Below the pieces are notes generated by a model. The model ran no database searches, had not been told where the DNA came from, and saw only the letters and a list, made by a program, of their open reading frames with translations. 64,000 nucleotides of DNA, taken from NCBI GenBank assembly GCA_964016885.1, contig OZ024741.1:150226001-150290000 (forward strand). Direction: 5' to 3'. A program made the translations under genes and the position numbers. Each line of letters opens with the position of its first letter. Position 1 is the stretch's first letter. Of the stretch, positions 31,590 through 45,641 are shown piece after piece. The DNA comes from Eledone cirrhosa (Eukaryota).

Positions 31590-32538
31590 AACACCATTTT
31601 CTCAGCAAAGTTCGAGCACCAGAGTCCTCGGACGGCTATTGCACTCAAAATCATTCTTCAAACTGATTACATGATTTCTAAAGTTATTTTTCAGACATTC
31701 TTACGACTTATTGGAGGTATGAGGGCTTGCTCCGCCTTGCTGGAACAAGAACTTATTCATTAGAGATGGGTACATGGTCTATACCTCCTTTCTGAAGTTT
31801 TCCAGGACATCAACATAACGTTCCTTAGTGACTGTAGCAATGACATCATTTTCTTCAAAGAAGAATGGGCAAATTAACACTCTCAGAAATGACAGATCAG
31901 ATGCTACATTTAATCGAATGGACAGGTTTCACAGCCACTTCAGTGAGTTTCTCTAACCCCAGAACATATTGTTCTTTCCCTTGTTGATCTTTCTCTCGAA
32001 GCGAAAGTGGGCTTCATCTGAGGTCCACAACAGATTCAGAAAATTTCGGTTGTTTACAATTTTCTCCAACATTTTCTCAGTCATAGCTTTTCTCTTGGTC
32101 TTATCAGTTACAGTACGCTTTTGTTTAGTCTGTATTCTATAGGGGTACTTCTTAAGATTTTCTTTGTCAACTCTTCTGCAGGTTTCTGTGGAGACACCAG
32201 ATCAATAACTTCCCGTGTACGCTTCTTGAGTCGTCTACAGTGGGTAGGGTGGTCCTCAGACATTGTATTGAGTTTCTACACTGTCCGATAGGTCTCAAAC
32301 TTCTTGTATATTGATTTTGAAGGGAGACTTGTCCGTTAAAAAAAATGCATGACATTGTTCCTGGACCTATCTGTACGAGCTACACTTATATTAGTTTTTC
32401 ACACAGAACATCGGGTGCTGGGGCTCCCAGTGTGATTGTCCATTATGCTATGTACTGATATTTAAAGTCGATCGAGTAGAAAATTAATATCCAGAGACAC
32501 AAAACGTGCGTGGGATCAGTTTGTTTTGAGTCACACTG
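31590..32538 (-). mobile_element. Tc1/mariner transposon remnant
   Basis: Minus-strand motifs KKYPYRIQ, WTSDEAHF and FQQGGASPHT. One terminus TA-CAGTGTGACTCAAAA at 32538; the other end was not seen. Confidence 0.75.
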
Positions 32539-32564
32539 TATATATATAAATATATAATTGTATG

Positions 32565-32712
32565 TATGTAAAAGGTAAACAGAAATAAAAACACAATCAG
32601 TACAGTATATGGAAGGAATATATTAGGTTAACGCAGGAAGAGGGTCTTAACGTTTCGGACGCTAGTCCTTCATCATAAGAAAGAATGAGCAGCATGAATG
32701 GACCTGTTATTT
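32565..32712 (-). mobile_element. Second copy of HHR element F1
   Basis: Reverse-complement homolog of about 5970-6112, with the core mutated to AUGAUGA. Confidence 0.75.
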
Positions 32713-33732
32713 ATATATATATATATGCACGCATACATGCATACACATAACACACACACAGGCACACACACACAGACATTCACACACACCCATACACACA
32801 CACAATACACACACATAATAGTGTGAATAGAGTTATAATTTCCTTGTTAATACGTCTTAATTATATAGATGAAAATCATGTCATTGTATCTATTTCCATA
32901 ACATTGGAAACATTCTTCAATACTCTATCATATGTATTATGTTCAGGTAATATTTTACACAAGAAATTAATAATCTGGAAATCTTATAAATTCAACATTT
33001 GTAACTTAGCATTAAATATATTTTTATCTCATTAACAAATCACATTTACCAATCCCCCTTAGGTATGAGATAATGGAAACTATTTAGAGATTATCAAATA
33101 AATGATTAAATGTATGAAACAAGAAAAGATATACTATTTAATAAATTACTCGTAATTGTCCGTAATAATACAAAAAAAACAAAAAAAAAAACAACAATAA
33201 AACACATTAAAACATTACCAACATACATCTTTTTCTTTCAAGAAGAGAATGACTTAACCACAGAACTACTTGGATTTAGACGAGAACGCCACTCGACCAA
33301 ATGGTTGAGAAATTCGACTCGCAATCATTAGGACTCGGGTTCGATCCCACTGTGTGGCATCTTAGGCAAGTGTAATTGGGTCGACACAAGACTTGAGAAT
33401 GAAATTAGGTTGACGGAAAATGCTGTAAGCCCTTCGGATGGACTGTACCTGTAATTCAAAGAGCCAGACTTGTCACACAATGTATCACTCTGAAATCTCC
33501 ATGAAAATTATAAGTTTGTAGAATCCTCAGTCACTTAAACGTTAATTTCATGAGGAGCCTGCTTCGTTGATCGAACAACTGGAACATTCAGCGTCGAAGC
33601 CGAAGAAGGTCCAATCCGTGTATTTAGCCAATGTAGAAATATATGTCCGATATTCTTCTTCATCTTTACAAATGATTTTAATAATTTTTTTTGTCTATTA
33701 AATACTAAAATCTAAATTATTCTTATTTAAAG

Positions 33733-34850
33733 TATGTATGTATGTTCTTCTCGTTTTATAATTTCACAAATTTTTGCCAATAGAGAGAGAGTCGGTTTCT
33801 AACATAGTTACAAGACTCTTATTGGAATTTACACAACATCAACTGGCTAGATATGTATGCATGTCTGCATGCATGCATGTGTAGGTATGGATGTTATTGT
33901 ATGTGTGGATGTGTATGTTTTGAGTTGTATGAGTGCATGTGCATACGCTTTGTATCTGTACATGTGTATATGCAGTTATTAGATACAAACATTTTGGAAT
34001 ATCTTACATATTTTTACTGTTCCATTAATGGATTGTACTTGTAATTTCCTAACTAGTTGTGTTCTTTCTCTTCCTGTGAAGCCTGGCTTCTCGAGATTTG
34101 TATTGAGTCAGTTACTAACATACCCCAGTGCCCCAATAATCACAGGCATAAATCTGAAGGTATTATCAGGGTGGAGTATTTGCAGATTTCTCATTAGTTC
34201 TGCATAAATATTCTCCTTTTCGCTAATCTTTGATATTATATTGGCATCTGCTAGGCAGCTATCTTCCACGTATGTATGTATTTACTTCTGGTTTTATAAT
34301 TTCACAAATTTTTTTCCCAATAGAGAGAGAGTTGGTTTCTAACATAGACACAAGACTATCTCATTGGAATTTACACAACATCAACTAGTAGATTATGTAT
34401 GCATGCATGCATGTGTAGATATGGATGTTATTGTATGTGTGGATGTGTACGTTTTGAGTTGTATGTGTGCATGTGTATATGCTTTGTATCAGTACATGTG
34501 TATATGCAGTTATTAGATGCAAAACTTTTGGAATGTTTTACATATTTTTACTGTTCATTAATGGATTGTACTTGTAATTTCCTAACTAGTTGTGTTCTTT
34601 CTGTTCCTGTGAAGCCTAGCTTCTCAAGATTTGTATTGAGGCAGTTACTAACATACCCCAGTGCCCCAATAATCACAGGCATAAATCTAAAGGTGTAATC
34701 AGAGTGGAGTATCTGCAGATTTCTCATCAGTTCTGCATAAATATTCTCCTTTTAGCTAATCTTTGATATTATATTGGCATCTGCTGGGCAGCTAATTTCC
34801 ACTACTGTGTATGCTTTCTTCTCCCTGTCCCATATCATAATATCTGTCCA
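33733..34850 (-). mobile_element. Two head-to-tail 5'-truncated R4/Dong-like LINE 3' ends, each with a (CATA)n tail
   Basis: Units about 33733-34269 and 34270-34850 encode DIMIWDREKK..VVEISCPAD..KENIYAELMRNLQ..FMPVIIGALG (restriction-like endonuclease C-terminus) plus 3' UTR. Confidence 0.8.
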
Positions 34851-35128
34851 CGCATTGCCTGGGAACTTAGCTGACAATAGACTTCCCTGATGACGAAAGG
34901 ATTTCTCCATGCGTTCCTTCGGAAACCATGTTTATTCCCTTTCAGAAGCTAATTAGTTGGAGTGAAATTTTAGTAAGTAAGTTAATTTTTATAATTTTCT
35001 TATTTTACGTCTTTCATATTATTGTTCTGCATCCCCTTGCATTGAACCACAGAGTTACTAAGACAAAACCTATATATTTGCTAGCATAGGTATGCATCTG
35101 TATATATATGTTGGTAGATATACTAATT

Positions 35129-35130
<2 letters not shown>
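34850..35130 (+). mobile_element. Diverged copy of HHR element F6
   Basis: Homologous to 14512-14677 plus the reverse complement of 13855-13975. HHR at 34882-34963 has GAAAC changed to GAAGC. Confidence 0.85.
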
Positions 35131-35170
<40 letters not shown>

Positions 35171-35457
35171 GAGTTTTGACAGTAAATTATATAAAAAAAT
35201 TCCTCGATACACAAATGACAGATTTTTGAGAAAGCCATATTTCGGTATGCAGGTGCTTTCGAAAATCGTTTCCCAAGATATTGAATATATATATATAGGA
35301 AAATGTTTGACCCCGACGGCAGAGCTCAAGCCGTTTCGACGGCTATTTTTGCACCCAAAAAATCGAAAAAAACAACAACGGCTAATTTCGTAAACACTAT
35401 TTTATATCTATCTATCTAACTCTCTGTGTGTGTATATATATATATATTTGTCAGATT

Positions 35458-35519
<62 letters not shown>

Positions 35520-35758
35520 AATCTGACAAATTAATAAGCGGGGGGTGGGGACGATTATTCAAGATCTGAGGGTACGTGAATTATTGACGGACGTATGAAT
35601 GGAAACTCAATACCGAAGTAGAATTTAAATATTCATTTATTATGGCTAAGCCTTGTTACTCAGTAATCTCACCTGCGTACTCACCAGACAAGATTAGTGA
35701 CCCTGTGAGTGCGCTGTTGAAACTTTAGAGCAACAAAGCTCACCAATAGTCATAATAA

Positions 35759-36061
<303 letters not shown>

Positions 36062-36064
<3 letters not shown>

Positions 36065-36175
36065 CGAAGGAAAAGTGGTAAGGAACCAGGTGGACCATAA
36101 CGCACCAAAGTACTCAATACTTAGGGTAGTAGAGTGGGTAATAGGAACAAGTAAGACCCCGGGGTCTTACTTGTT

Positions 36176-36180
<5 letters not shown>
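36062..36180 (-). mobile_element. F9 fragment beginning at the predicted HHR cleavage site, with a 20-bp fold-back
   Basis: Reverse complement of 15640-15738. Palindrome axis gacccc|ggggtc at 36160/36161. Confidence 0.8.
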
Positions 36181-36225
<45 letters not shown>

Positions 36226-36556
36226 AGATGAATATATTGGGTATAATACCAGTTTCTTATATCAAATGCGAAGAAGCACGATTTATTAACTCCTTAGGAA
36301 AGGGCACAGAGCATAATTTAAAAAAATTATATAAATACAGTGGCATGCACCCTTCCAATAATTATATTTTCTCCCCAAACTACCAAAACACACATCTATT
36401 TGGATATGCGCTAAAATTTATGTTCATGTTTTGTTTATCGCATATCGAAGTTTTCTGACCATTTTAAAGTGCAAAGAGCTAAACTAATCACTACAACTAA
36501 ATTGTCCAAAGTTCACCCCCACCCAACACAATTCAGAAATGATTCCACCGCCCCTG

Positions 36557-36759
<203 letters not shown>

Positions 36760-36808
36760 GTATATATATGTATATATATATATATATATATATACAATAT
36801 ACACACAT

Positions 36809-36860
<52 letters not shown>

Positions 36861-36974
36861 ATGTTTGTATATTGTATATATATATATATATATATATATA
36901 CAATATACACACATATACATACATGCATATATATATATATACACATACATACATATATATACATATATATACAT

Positions 36975-37007
<33 letters not shown>

Positions 37008-37110
37008 GATATATATATATACAATATACACACATATACATATATATATATATATAGATAGATAGATATATATACAATATACACACATATACATACATAT
37101 ATATATACAC

Positions 37111-37141
<31 letters not shown>

Positions 37142-37632
37142 TACATATATATATAGATAGATATATATATATACAATATACACACATATACATACATATA
37201 TATATACACACATACATACATATATATACGTATATATACATATATATACATATATACACACACACACATATATATATATATTTTTCTCTCCTCTGTACAC
37301 ACACAGACACACATACACACATACACACATACATACACATACATTATGTATAAATATAATATAATTCCAGCTAAAATCTTTCTATGATAATAGATTATTA
37401 TTCTCAGTCCAACTGACAACTGACAAAGATTCATCTTTGTTTTCCGTGAGAATAAAGATAACTTTCAGAAATCAGTCTAGAAAATTCTGAGTGTGTTATA
37501 AAGTTTAAGGAATATAACAACAGCGACGTCCAAAATAGCAACAAGAACAAAAGCGTCAACAACAATAACTACAACTATAATAGACATAGCAACAACCTCA
37601 TGAAAAGAGAAATCTAATATCGAAGAAAATGA

Positions 37633-37687
<55 letters not shown>

Positions 37688-37715
37688 GCTGCTACTACTA
37701 CTGCTGCTGCTGCTG

Positions 37716-37761
<46 letters not shown>

Positions 37762-37799
37762 AGTAGTGAAAGGACCCGCTTTCACTATTCCCCATCTAG

Positions 37800-39695
37800 C
37801 TAGCCTTGACACCATTATCTGAGATACTAAACATGACTGGATTTGGTTTTAAATGCCACGACAAGAAAATCAACCATCTCCTGTATATAGACGTCTAAGG
37901 TTGTATTTTACAGACGAGAGACAATTTGAAACACTGCTGTAGAACTGTTGGATAATGAACTGGGAAAGAATATCAAGGGGTTTAAGAGAGTTGACAGAAA
38001 TCTACTTAGAAAATGGACGAAAAAGTTGAATGGAGTGTTATCTGAAATAAAGACACGTAACATAACAGGAACAAACAACTTAATCAAATCATGTGCCCTT
38101 TATATTAGATGGGGTACAGGCTGTTATTTGGAAATCTGACTTCATTTTCACGAGAGAATAACTTTGCAAATGAACGATATGATTAACAACGGTGTGGAAA
38201 TCTAAAAGTAGATGACCATGGGAAAGACAGTATTGTACTAAAAAGATCATGCTAAAGGAAATGCTGTTGATAATTACAGACCGATCTCATGTTTAACCTT
38301 TATGTGGAAGCTAATGACGGGAATCATATCCGAACATATATATGAATTCCTCGAAGCAAACGAGAAACTATTTGTAGAACAGAACGGGTGCAAGAAGAAA
38401 AACCGTAGAACAAAAAATCAGTAAATCAGTTCCTCATTGATAGAATGGTGCTCAAAGATTGTACGAGGCAACACAAGCATTTGGGAATGGCGTGGATCGA
38501 TTATAAAAAAAGCTCATGATATGGTCCCCCATTCCTGGGCACAAGTTTCAGACAACATAGGGAATTTCATTAAGAGATTAATGAATAATTGTTAAACAGA
38601 ACTAACTTCGAATTTCTGGCAAAGGAAAACACCAAGAGAGGTATATTTCAGGGAGATAGCCTACCCCCATTGTTGATTGTTATTTGCATGATCTAAAATG
38701 AGCTTAAATGCCTTGATAAAAAGACGAGGAAATTGATGAACACGTATGGAACACTCCACCCTAAAAGTGATGTAGACAGAATATATGTAACAAAGAACAA
38801 AGGAGGAAGGTGATTAATAGGATGTAGAGAATGTGTGAGGACTGAGGAGAATAGCCTTGCTTGTAATATCAGGAATTCGGAAGAATTACTGTTGAAAGCT
38901 GTAAATAAAAAGTGGTGTCATTGATACTGAAAATACTTAAGAATGAATATAAATAGAAAAATGAAAATGAAAAGATGGCTAAATGGAAAGGAAAAATAAT
39001 GTAGACAATTTGTGAGAGAAATGCCAGACACAACTTATAAGGAGAGGTCTTGGTACTGGTTAAGGAAATTTGACCACAAAACAGCAACTGAAGCACTAAT
39101 TTTCTCCGCCTAAGAGCAAGTAATCAGAACCAACTTGATAGAAAAGAAAATAGATAAAACTGAAGGTTCAACCACATGTAGACTATATAGTGAAAAGAAC
39201 GAGAATGTGTGTCATATCATTAGTGAATGTCCCAGATTAGTCCCAAGAGAATAGAAGAGAAGACACGTTACAGTTGCTAACATTATCTATTGTAAGTTCT
39301 GTGGGAAGTATCATCTGGAACGAAATGAACTGTGGTGTGAACATCAACCAGGAGGAGTAGTTGCGAATAATATAAAAGCAAGGAGACCTGACATAGTTGT
39401 GATAGAAAAAAAGAGATGATTTCAAATTACTGATGTTACCATTCCAGGAAATGAAAGGACCAACTCAAAAGAAATGGAGAAAGTTGATAAATACCAAGAC
39501 CTTAGAATTGAAGTCCAAAGAATGTGGAACATGAAAAAAATTGAGGTCATACCAATAGTAATAGGTGCTTTTAGTTGTGTGACCAAACACTTAGGAAAAT
39601 GGATAGAAAAACTTGGGATCCAGGCAAAGGTAGTATTTCTTCAGAAAACGACACATAGGAACAGCTAGAATTTTGAGAAGGGTGATGAGAACATA
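37800..39695 (+). pseudogene. Decayed R4/Dong-like LINE ORF (RT + CCHC + restriction-like endonuclease)
   Basis: [53 protein letters not shown] and KVDKYQDLRIEVQRMW..IPIVIGA. Many stops and deletions. Confidence 0.85.
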
Positions 39696-39696
39696 A

Positions 39697-40172
39697 ACCC
39701 TAGAAACAGTCGCACATAGTGCTGCTGAAAAGCCGCACACATCTGCTTGGAATCGAGCAGCACTCACCCGTCTTGGTCTGTCAAAGAAGGAATTGTGGCA
39801 TTGTTTCCACACTGCACCTCTGCTATCGAATAGCTTTCATTCCCTTGTTTCTTAGAGCACAAGCCTTAGCTCTGACAATGCAATCTTCATGTTTCACATT
39901 GAAGAAATGGTCCAGTGTCATTCCCGCAGCTAGCACGTCAGTTGCAATGCCCCTCCTAAACGCCTCTTCTGATTTAGCTACTAACTCCCCCTACTTTCTA
40001 TTTTATCCTATCGCTACTTCTTTACCAAATGCTACTGATTCTACTCTAATTGCTCTCTTGAGAGTGCCCCATCACCTGTTGTTTACAATTGCCTTTGTCA
40101 ACTGGTGCTTAACGAATGTCCTAAACCGGTCGCTGTAGGTTTTACGCTTCGGGAACGACGTAGTAAGCTCCC
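39697..40172 (-). mobile_element. Tx1 ORF2 internal fragment directly downstream of a SINE (ATT)n tail
   Basis: Minus strand is homologous to 57123-57590 (..AIVNNRW..KHEDCIVRA..MCAAFQQH). Confidence 0.8.
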
Positions 40173-40390
40173 AATAATAATAATGGTTTCTGATTTAGGA
40201 ACAAGGCCAGCAATTTTGAGGAAGTGAAAAACCGAATAAATCGACTCCAGCACATTTTTGATACTTTATTTCATCGACCCCTTAGGAATGAAAGGCACAA
40301 CTAACCAGAAGCAAATCAGAACGGAAAGTCAAGTAACTAAATACCTCTATGGTATGTTGTCCGATGCTATACTGATTCTAGCAATCAACA
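40173..40390 (-). mobile_element. SINE S1-related copy
   Basis: Minus strand has the core gcctttcattcctaaggggtcgatgaaataaagt and ends ggccttgttcctaaatcagaaacc(att)n. Confidence 0.75.
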
Positions 40391-41509
40391 TACATGTTAT
40401 TCATTTATAGAAGAAAACTCAATGTCGGTTTCATTACATTTGTCTATATATTTGCAAGACACAACGATTAGAATTAGTTAGTCTGTCAGTCTCTGCTATA
40501 CGTGGGGGAGAATATTGCTCTGAAGGTGTTAGCTTTGGTAGGAAAGTTATCATTGTAATACTGGATAGATGAAATGTTCAATTGTTTGATATTGACAGGT
40601 GTCTTTAAGCAATTATCTGTCTTCAAGTGGCGTGGAAGTTTACTCGATCTGCAGTTCGTATAACTACACACCGTAAATATTTCACATTTCCTTCATTACA
40701 AAATTAGAAACAATTATTAACGCGTCATTGCAGTAGGGAGCGGCCTAATCAGATACGTTAATCTCGAAGGAGAAATTAGATATTCTATTTACGACGATGA
40801 ATTCTCTGTCGGTTTCAATGATAAGCATTCAGTTTTTCGAATTGAACTAAACGTTCAACACGTGAATTAACGTGTAAATGGCTGAGTATTCTATAGCTAT
40901 ATTTACTTTTAATATAATTCTCAAGTCTAATTAACATGAGGCTATATGATAAAGCTGGACTTTTGAACTACAAATCAGTCCATCCGACGGGCTCCCACAC
41001 AATTTCCGTCTATCCAATTCCACTCCCAAAACTAGGGGCACTTGTATAAGATAGTATGCAGTGGGATCGAATCCGGAGCCTTATGACTGCGAAACAGCCT
41101 CCTTAACCATTTGGAAATGCTGTGTCAACGCCTGCTCTTTAGACTATTCAGTTGGTCATATAGGTTGGCTCTTTCAGTACTTCTTCCTTTTTTCTTTCAG
41201 CTATTCTTCTTCTTTACTTTCTGTTTTCTTTCTCTTTCAGTCTATACGTATGTTTGTGTCTTTTGTTTCTTTCAGTCTATATGTGTCTTTGTGTCCTTTG
41301 TTTCTTTCGTTATTTGTTTGTTTCATTAACTTATTAGTGATGCCTTTTCCCTTTCATCTCTCGCTTCTTGCTTTCTTTCTTTCCTTTATTGCTGTCATGA
41401 GTCTGATTTGTAATAAACGTTTTCAAATTAATTTTAATTGTTTTGATAATGAAGAGGCGCTTAAAACACACTGAATTAGATTTACAAAACCAGCCAGACA
41501 AATATCATT

Positions 41510-41549
<40 letters not shown>

Positions 41550-42087
41550 GCAGCAACAGCAGCAACAGCAACAATAACAACAGCGACATTAACAACAGCA
41601 ACAGTGTTAACAACTACAATATTAACAACAACAACAACATTATCATCAACAGCAATAAAAACACCAAAAGCAATAACAACAAAAACATTAACACATCCTT
41701 CAACGACAATTTTAACAACACCATTAACAGCAGCAACATTAGGTACAACTTTACCCAGTTTTTCAAATAATCATTTATAGTGATTTGCGCTAGGACGCAC
41801 ACATTTCAAATTTTCCCAATACTTTTAAAATCAACCACTTTGTTTGGGGTTGGGGTGATCACCCACCGAGGACGCGCCCAGCTTGTAACGCCTGCAAATT
41901 TTACTTAACTACTGTGAATAACAGTTGCAGTTGAATCTGTTATGAGGAGACTATAGTACAGAAAATATCGATAGTCCGGGTTTATTTGGTATACAAATAT
42001 TATTATCCGAGCGCTGTCGTTTACTTACTAATAACGAATTTATGTGCATTCTGAGTTAAAGTATGTATTGCTTACGTATAATTCTTA

Positions 42088-42250
42088 TAATTGCTTCTAC
42101 TTTTGGCACAAGGCCAGCAATTATCCAAGTGCTTACTGGTACTTTATTTTGTCAACCCCGTAAGCATGAAAAGCAAAGTTAACCTCGGCCGGATTTGAAC
42201 TCAGAACGCAAAGGGCCATCACTCTACCGACACTGCCAATCCACCGCCCC
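42088..42250 (-). mobile_element. SINE S1 copy
   Basis: Reverse complement of the A/B boxes, core and ggccttgtgccaaaagtagaagcaatt end. Confidence 0.85.
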
Positions 42251-42499
42251 TTATAATACTGAATACAAATCTTATAATATCATTGAGTGTTGTTTAGAAT
42301 TATTCGAATTTTAATATCAATTGCTCGGATTTCGTCTATCGTACTCTCGAGTATTCCAAAAGTTTGTGTTAGGACAGGCACAGCAAGCACATTGTGTGCC
42401 ACTGTTTTACTGTTTTACGCAGAGAGTTCCGATGATCATATTTTTCTTAATCGGGTGTAATATTCCCTGGTTACGCGTTCCTTATTACAAATACCATTA

Positions 42500-44464
42500 T
42501 AGGATATATTCTCATTTATCTCCAGGTATCTGTAGCAGACCTCGTCAGAAATCGGTGAAACAGGCCATTGATGACAATGTTGCTAGATTGGGTTGTTGTT
42601 TTGCCCCGCTTTACAGTCATGTATGAGCATTTATCTTGGCCAAACTCCATTCCTATATCCTTTGAGAACGTTGTAACCAGGTCAAGATTTTTCTTCATCC
42701 CATCCATGTTCTTGGCATAGAGTTTCAGATCGTCCACAAAGAAATTATAGGTTAAATTCATATTTCTGTCCTCATGTGAGCCAATGATGTATCCTTCACA
42801 TTTCTTGAGCAAAAAGTATAAGAGGTTTAATGACAGGATGAATAATATCACAGAGAGACTGTCTCCCTGAAATATACCCCTGCGATATTTTATTTTATCA
42901 GGGAAAATAGAGTCCCCCCCTCTCTGTCTTTAACCTTAGGATAGTAGCCCAAGAAGAAGACAGCTTCTGTATGGCTCTGATAATAATGTCTGGGACTTTA
43001 GCAAGTTGGAGGGCCTCTATCATCCAAGAGTGGGGAACAGAATAGAAAGCTTTCCTGTAGTCCAGCCAGACTGTAGCCATATTCCTCCTAAGTTGTCGCA
43101 CCTCCGACATCTCAGTTTTGTTGATTAGGAGTTGTTCAGCACATCCCCAAACCCCTTTCTTTCCAGCTGTTTGTTCATCTGTGATGATGTTATTATTTTC
43201 ACAGTGATCTTGGAGGAATAGGTTGAGGCAGGCTGTATACATCTTATACATCAGGTTCTGGCATGCAATGGGTCGGTAGGTTTTTGCCAAGTGGGTGTCT
43301 TTGTTCTTGGGGACCAGTAATGTTTGTGCTAATGTCAACCATTCTGGTATAAGTGTATCTCCCTTAAGAACTTGTTGGTAGAGGTCAGTAAGATACCTAA
43401 TGTACCATAAGCCGACAATCATGTCTCTTCCTGGTGTTTTCTTATCTTGGAGTTTTCCTATCACAGTCTCAAGGGTACCCTCACTTATTTCGTATGTTTT
43501 TGTTGTAGTGTAGGAGCAATAGTTCTTTTGGATTTCTTTTAGCCACGCTACATCTTGGTTGAAATTCTTCTTTTCACCCCATATTTTTCTCCAAAAGGAA
43601 TCTTAGCCTTTCTAGGATGGGGCTTCAGTGACACTTATTATTTTGTTCTTCATATCTCTATAGACTGATGTTTGGTTTCGTCTGAATCTTTTATTAAGCA
43701 CTTTTCTCTCATCTACCTTCTTCAGGTATCGGCGATTTTCGCTAACAGCTCTCAATTCTTGTTTGAGGGTGATCAGCTTATATTGAAGAGTTCTGGTTCT
43801 ACTGTTACCAAACATCGTCTCTATTTTATTTTTCACTCTTTGTTGGTGAGGAGTGAGTTTTTTTGTGTTTGTTTGCATGTAAAGAGCATTGTCACATATC
43901 CTATGGTTTTTCGTAGGTCAGCACGCTTTTTTTCTATTTTAGTTATATATGATGGTATTTTTGGTGGTGTTTTGTTCTTGTTAATATCTCTGCTATCACC
44001 AAGAAAATGCTTCACTGTCGTTGCTAAGGCATATAAACAGGCGTTGATTTGCCAAAATGTTGGGGTTTTTATCCGCCGAAAATATTCATCCCCCTATTTC
44101 GTCAATAACACGTAATATTTAATTATTTGTTTTTTGTTTTATTAAATATTGTCGTTTTAATACGTTCAGCAAGAGAGATATTTATACATGAATTAATTTC
44201 TCTCTGGATTTCGTTGAGGGAAATTTTCAATTGTTTATACTTTTGATTATTATCATTATCGATAGTATTTTCCACAACAGTCGAGGTAGACTCGGATGAT
44301 ACAGGTGGTGTCAAATTTCTTCGATTATTAGTATTATTTCTCCGATTATTATTATTATCGATAGTGTTTTCCCCAGCATTCGAGGTAGACTTAGATGGTA
44401 CAGGTGGTGTCAAGTTTCTTACAGGCATAGTTGTTTCAAGGCTCTGTTCGACCTGGCTGCTAGG
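42500..44464 (-). mobile_element. R4/Dong-like LINE, 5' part through RT, 3'-truncated, starting at (CATA)n
   Basis: ORF pieces MPVRNLT.., KKTPGRD..YRPIACQN..WLDYRKAF, RGIFQGDSLS and FFVDDLKLY. (CATA)n at 44465-44586 lies immediately 5'. Confidence 0.88.
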
Positions 44465-44586
44465 ATGTATGTATGTATGTATGTATGTATGTATGTATGT
44501 ATGTATGTATGTATGTATGTATGTATGTATGTATGTATGTATGTATGTATGTACGTACGTACGTATGTATGTATGTATGTATGTAT

Positions 44587-44777
44587 GGATAAAACACGCA
44601 TGGTGATGCATAAAGATTGTATCTGTGGAAAGCACGACTCTCTTTTGTAACCTGTGTCGTAAACCATGCAGATTTGGTCTAAAAGGTCATTTACGACGTC
44701 GTAGACGCGGATGGGATGACAATGAAGAAGCAATAAGAGACGGCAATCGTCTGTGAAGACGTTACGATCACCAATGA
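44587..44777 (+). mobile_element. 3' end of an RTE-like LINE with (TATG)n tail
   Basis: CNLCRKPC..GLKGHLR zinc-finger-like C-terminus and short 3' UTR, with (TATG)n on both sides. Confidence 0.55.
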
Positions 44778-44861
44778 ATGTATGTATGTATGTATGTATG
44801 TATGTATGTATGTATGTATGTATGTATGTATGTATGTATGTATGTATGTATGTATGTATGT

Positions 44862-45203
44862 TAGAAATAGTTGGGCTGGACACCTGATCGCGCGGTTAAA
44901 CCACTGGGAGTGAAGGACTCCTAGCCTTTGTCAGGGCATTCTTCTAGGAGAAGGCAACTCAGGAAACTGGGATAACTCCGACATAAAACCTCCGGCCCAG
45001 TAGTTACCGATGATGTTGATCTTTTCTTCTTTTCGGGTTATAGCTACTGTCGCTCAGAGAGTGGGATTGGCTCAGTGCACAGTCTTTCCTTACTTTTAAA
45101 AAATCTTCGCGCACAGGCATTGCATGATAGAATTAATTAATAATTACTAATAATGGTATATCGTGCAATGGCCATACTCGATAACGAGGGGGGCAGCCAT
45201 CAT
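44862..45203 (+). mobile_element. RTE-derived non-autonomous element
   Basis: Shares gcctttgtca..ctaggagaagg, gagtggga..gtgca, gcacaggcattgc and the 3' ggccatactcgataacgag..gcagcca(tatg)n with 45642-46293. Confidence 0.65.
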
Positions 45204-45216
45204 GTATGTATGTATG

Positions 45217-45553
45217 TTTCTCTTTCTCTAAATTTCGAGTACATTTTTAACCGGACACCTTGAATCGCAAGAATTTTCTTCAAATTTTGAAGGTGCTAGC
45301 TATCGCAGCCATTTGTAGTCTATGAATTAGGGAGCTGCATTCTTTGTCCTCAAATCCAAGTTCAGTTATTCTTTGGTCCAAGCAGGCTGGTATATAACCC
45401 GTAGCTACAATAATGTTGGGTATGAAGCTGAAAGTGTATCTTGGATACTGGATCTGCAAATTCCTCATCAGTGGTCCGTAAATGTCCTCCTTCTCTTGTA
45501 TTTTTCTTACAACGTTGACATCAAGTAGGCAGCAGATCTCTACAACAAAGCAC
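45217..45553 (-). mobile_element. 5'-truncated R4/Dong-like 3' end inside (CATA)n
   Basis: VVEICC..KEDIYGPLMRNLQ..FSFIPNIIVATGY. (CATA)n on both sides. Confidence 0.8.
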
Positions 45554-45641
45554 GTATGTATGTATGTATGTATGTATGTATGTATGTATGTATGTATGTA
45601 TGTATGTATGTATGTATGTATGTATGTATGTATGTATGTAT

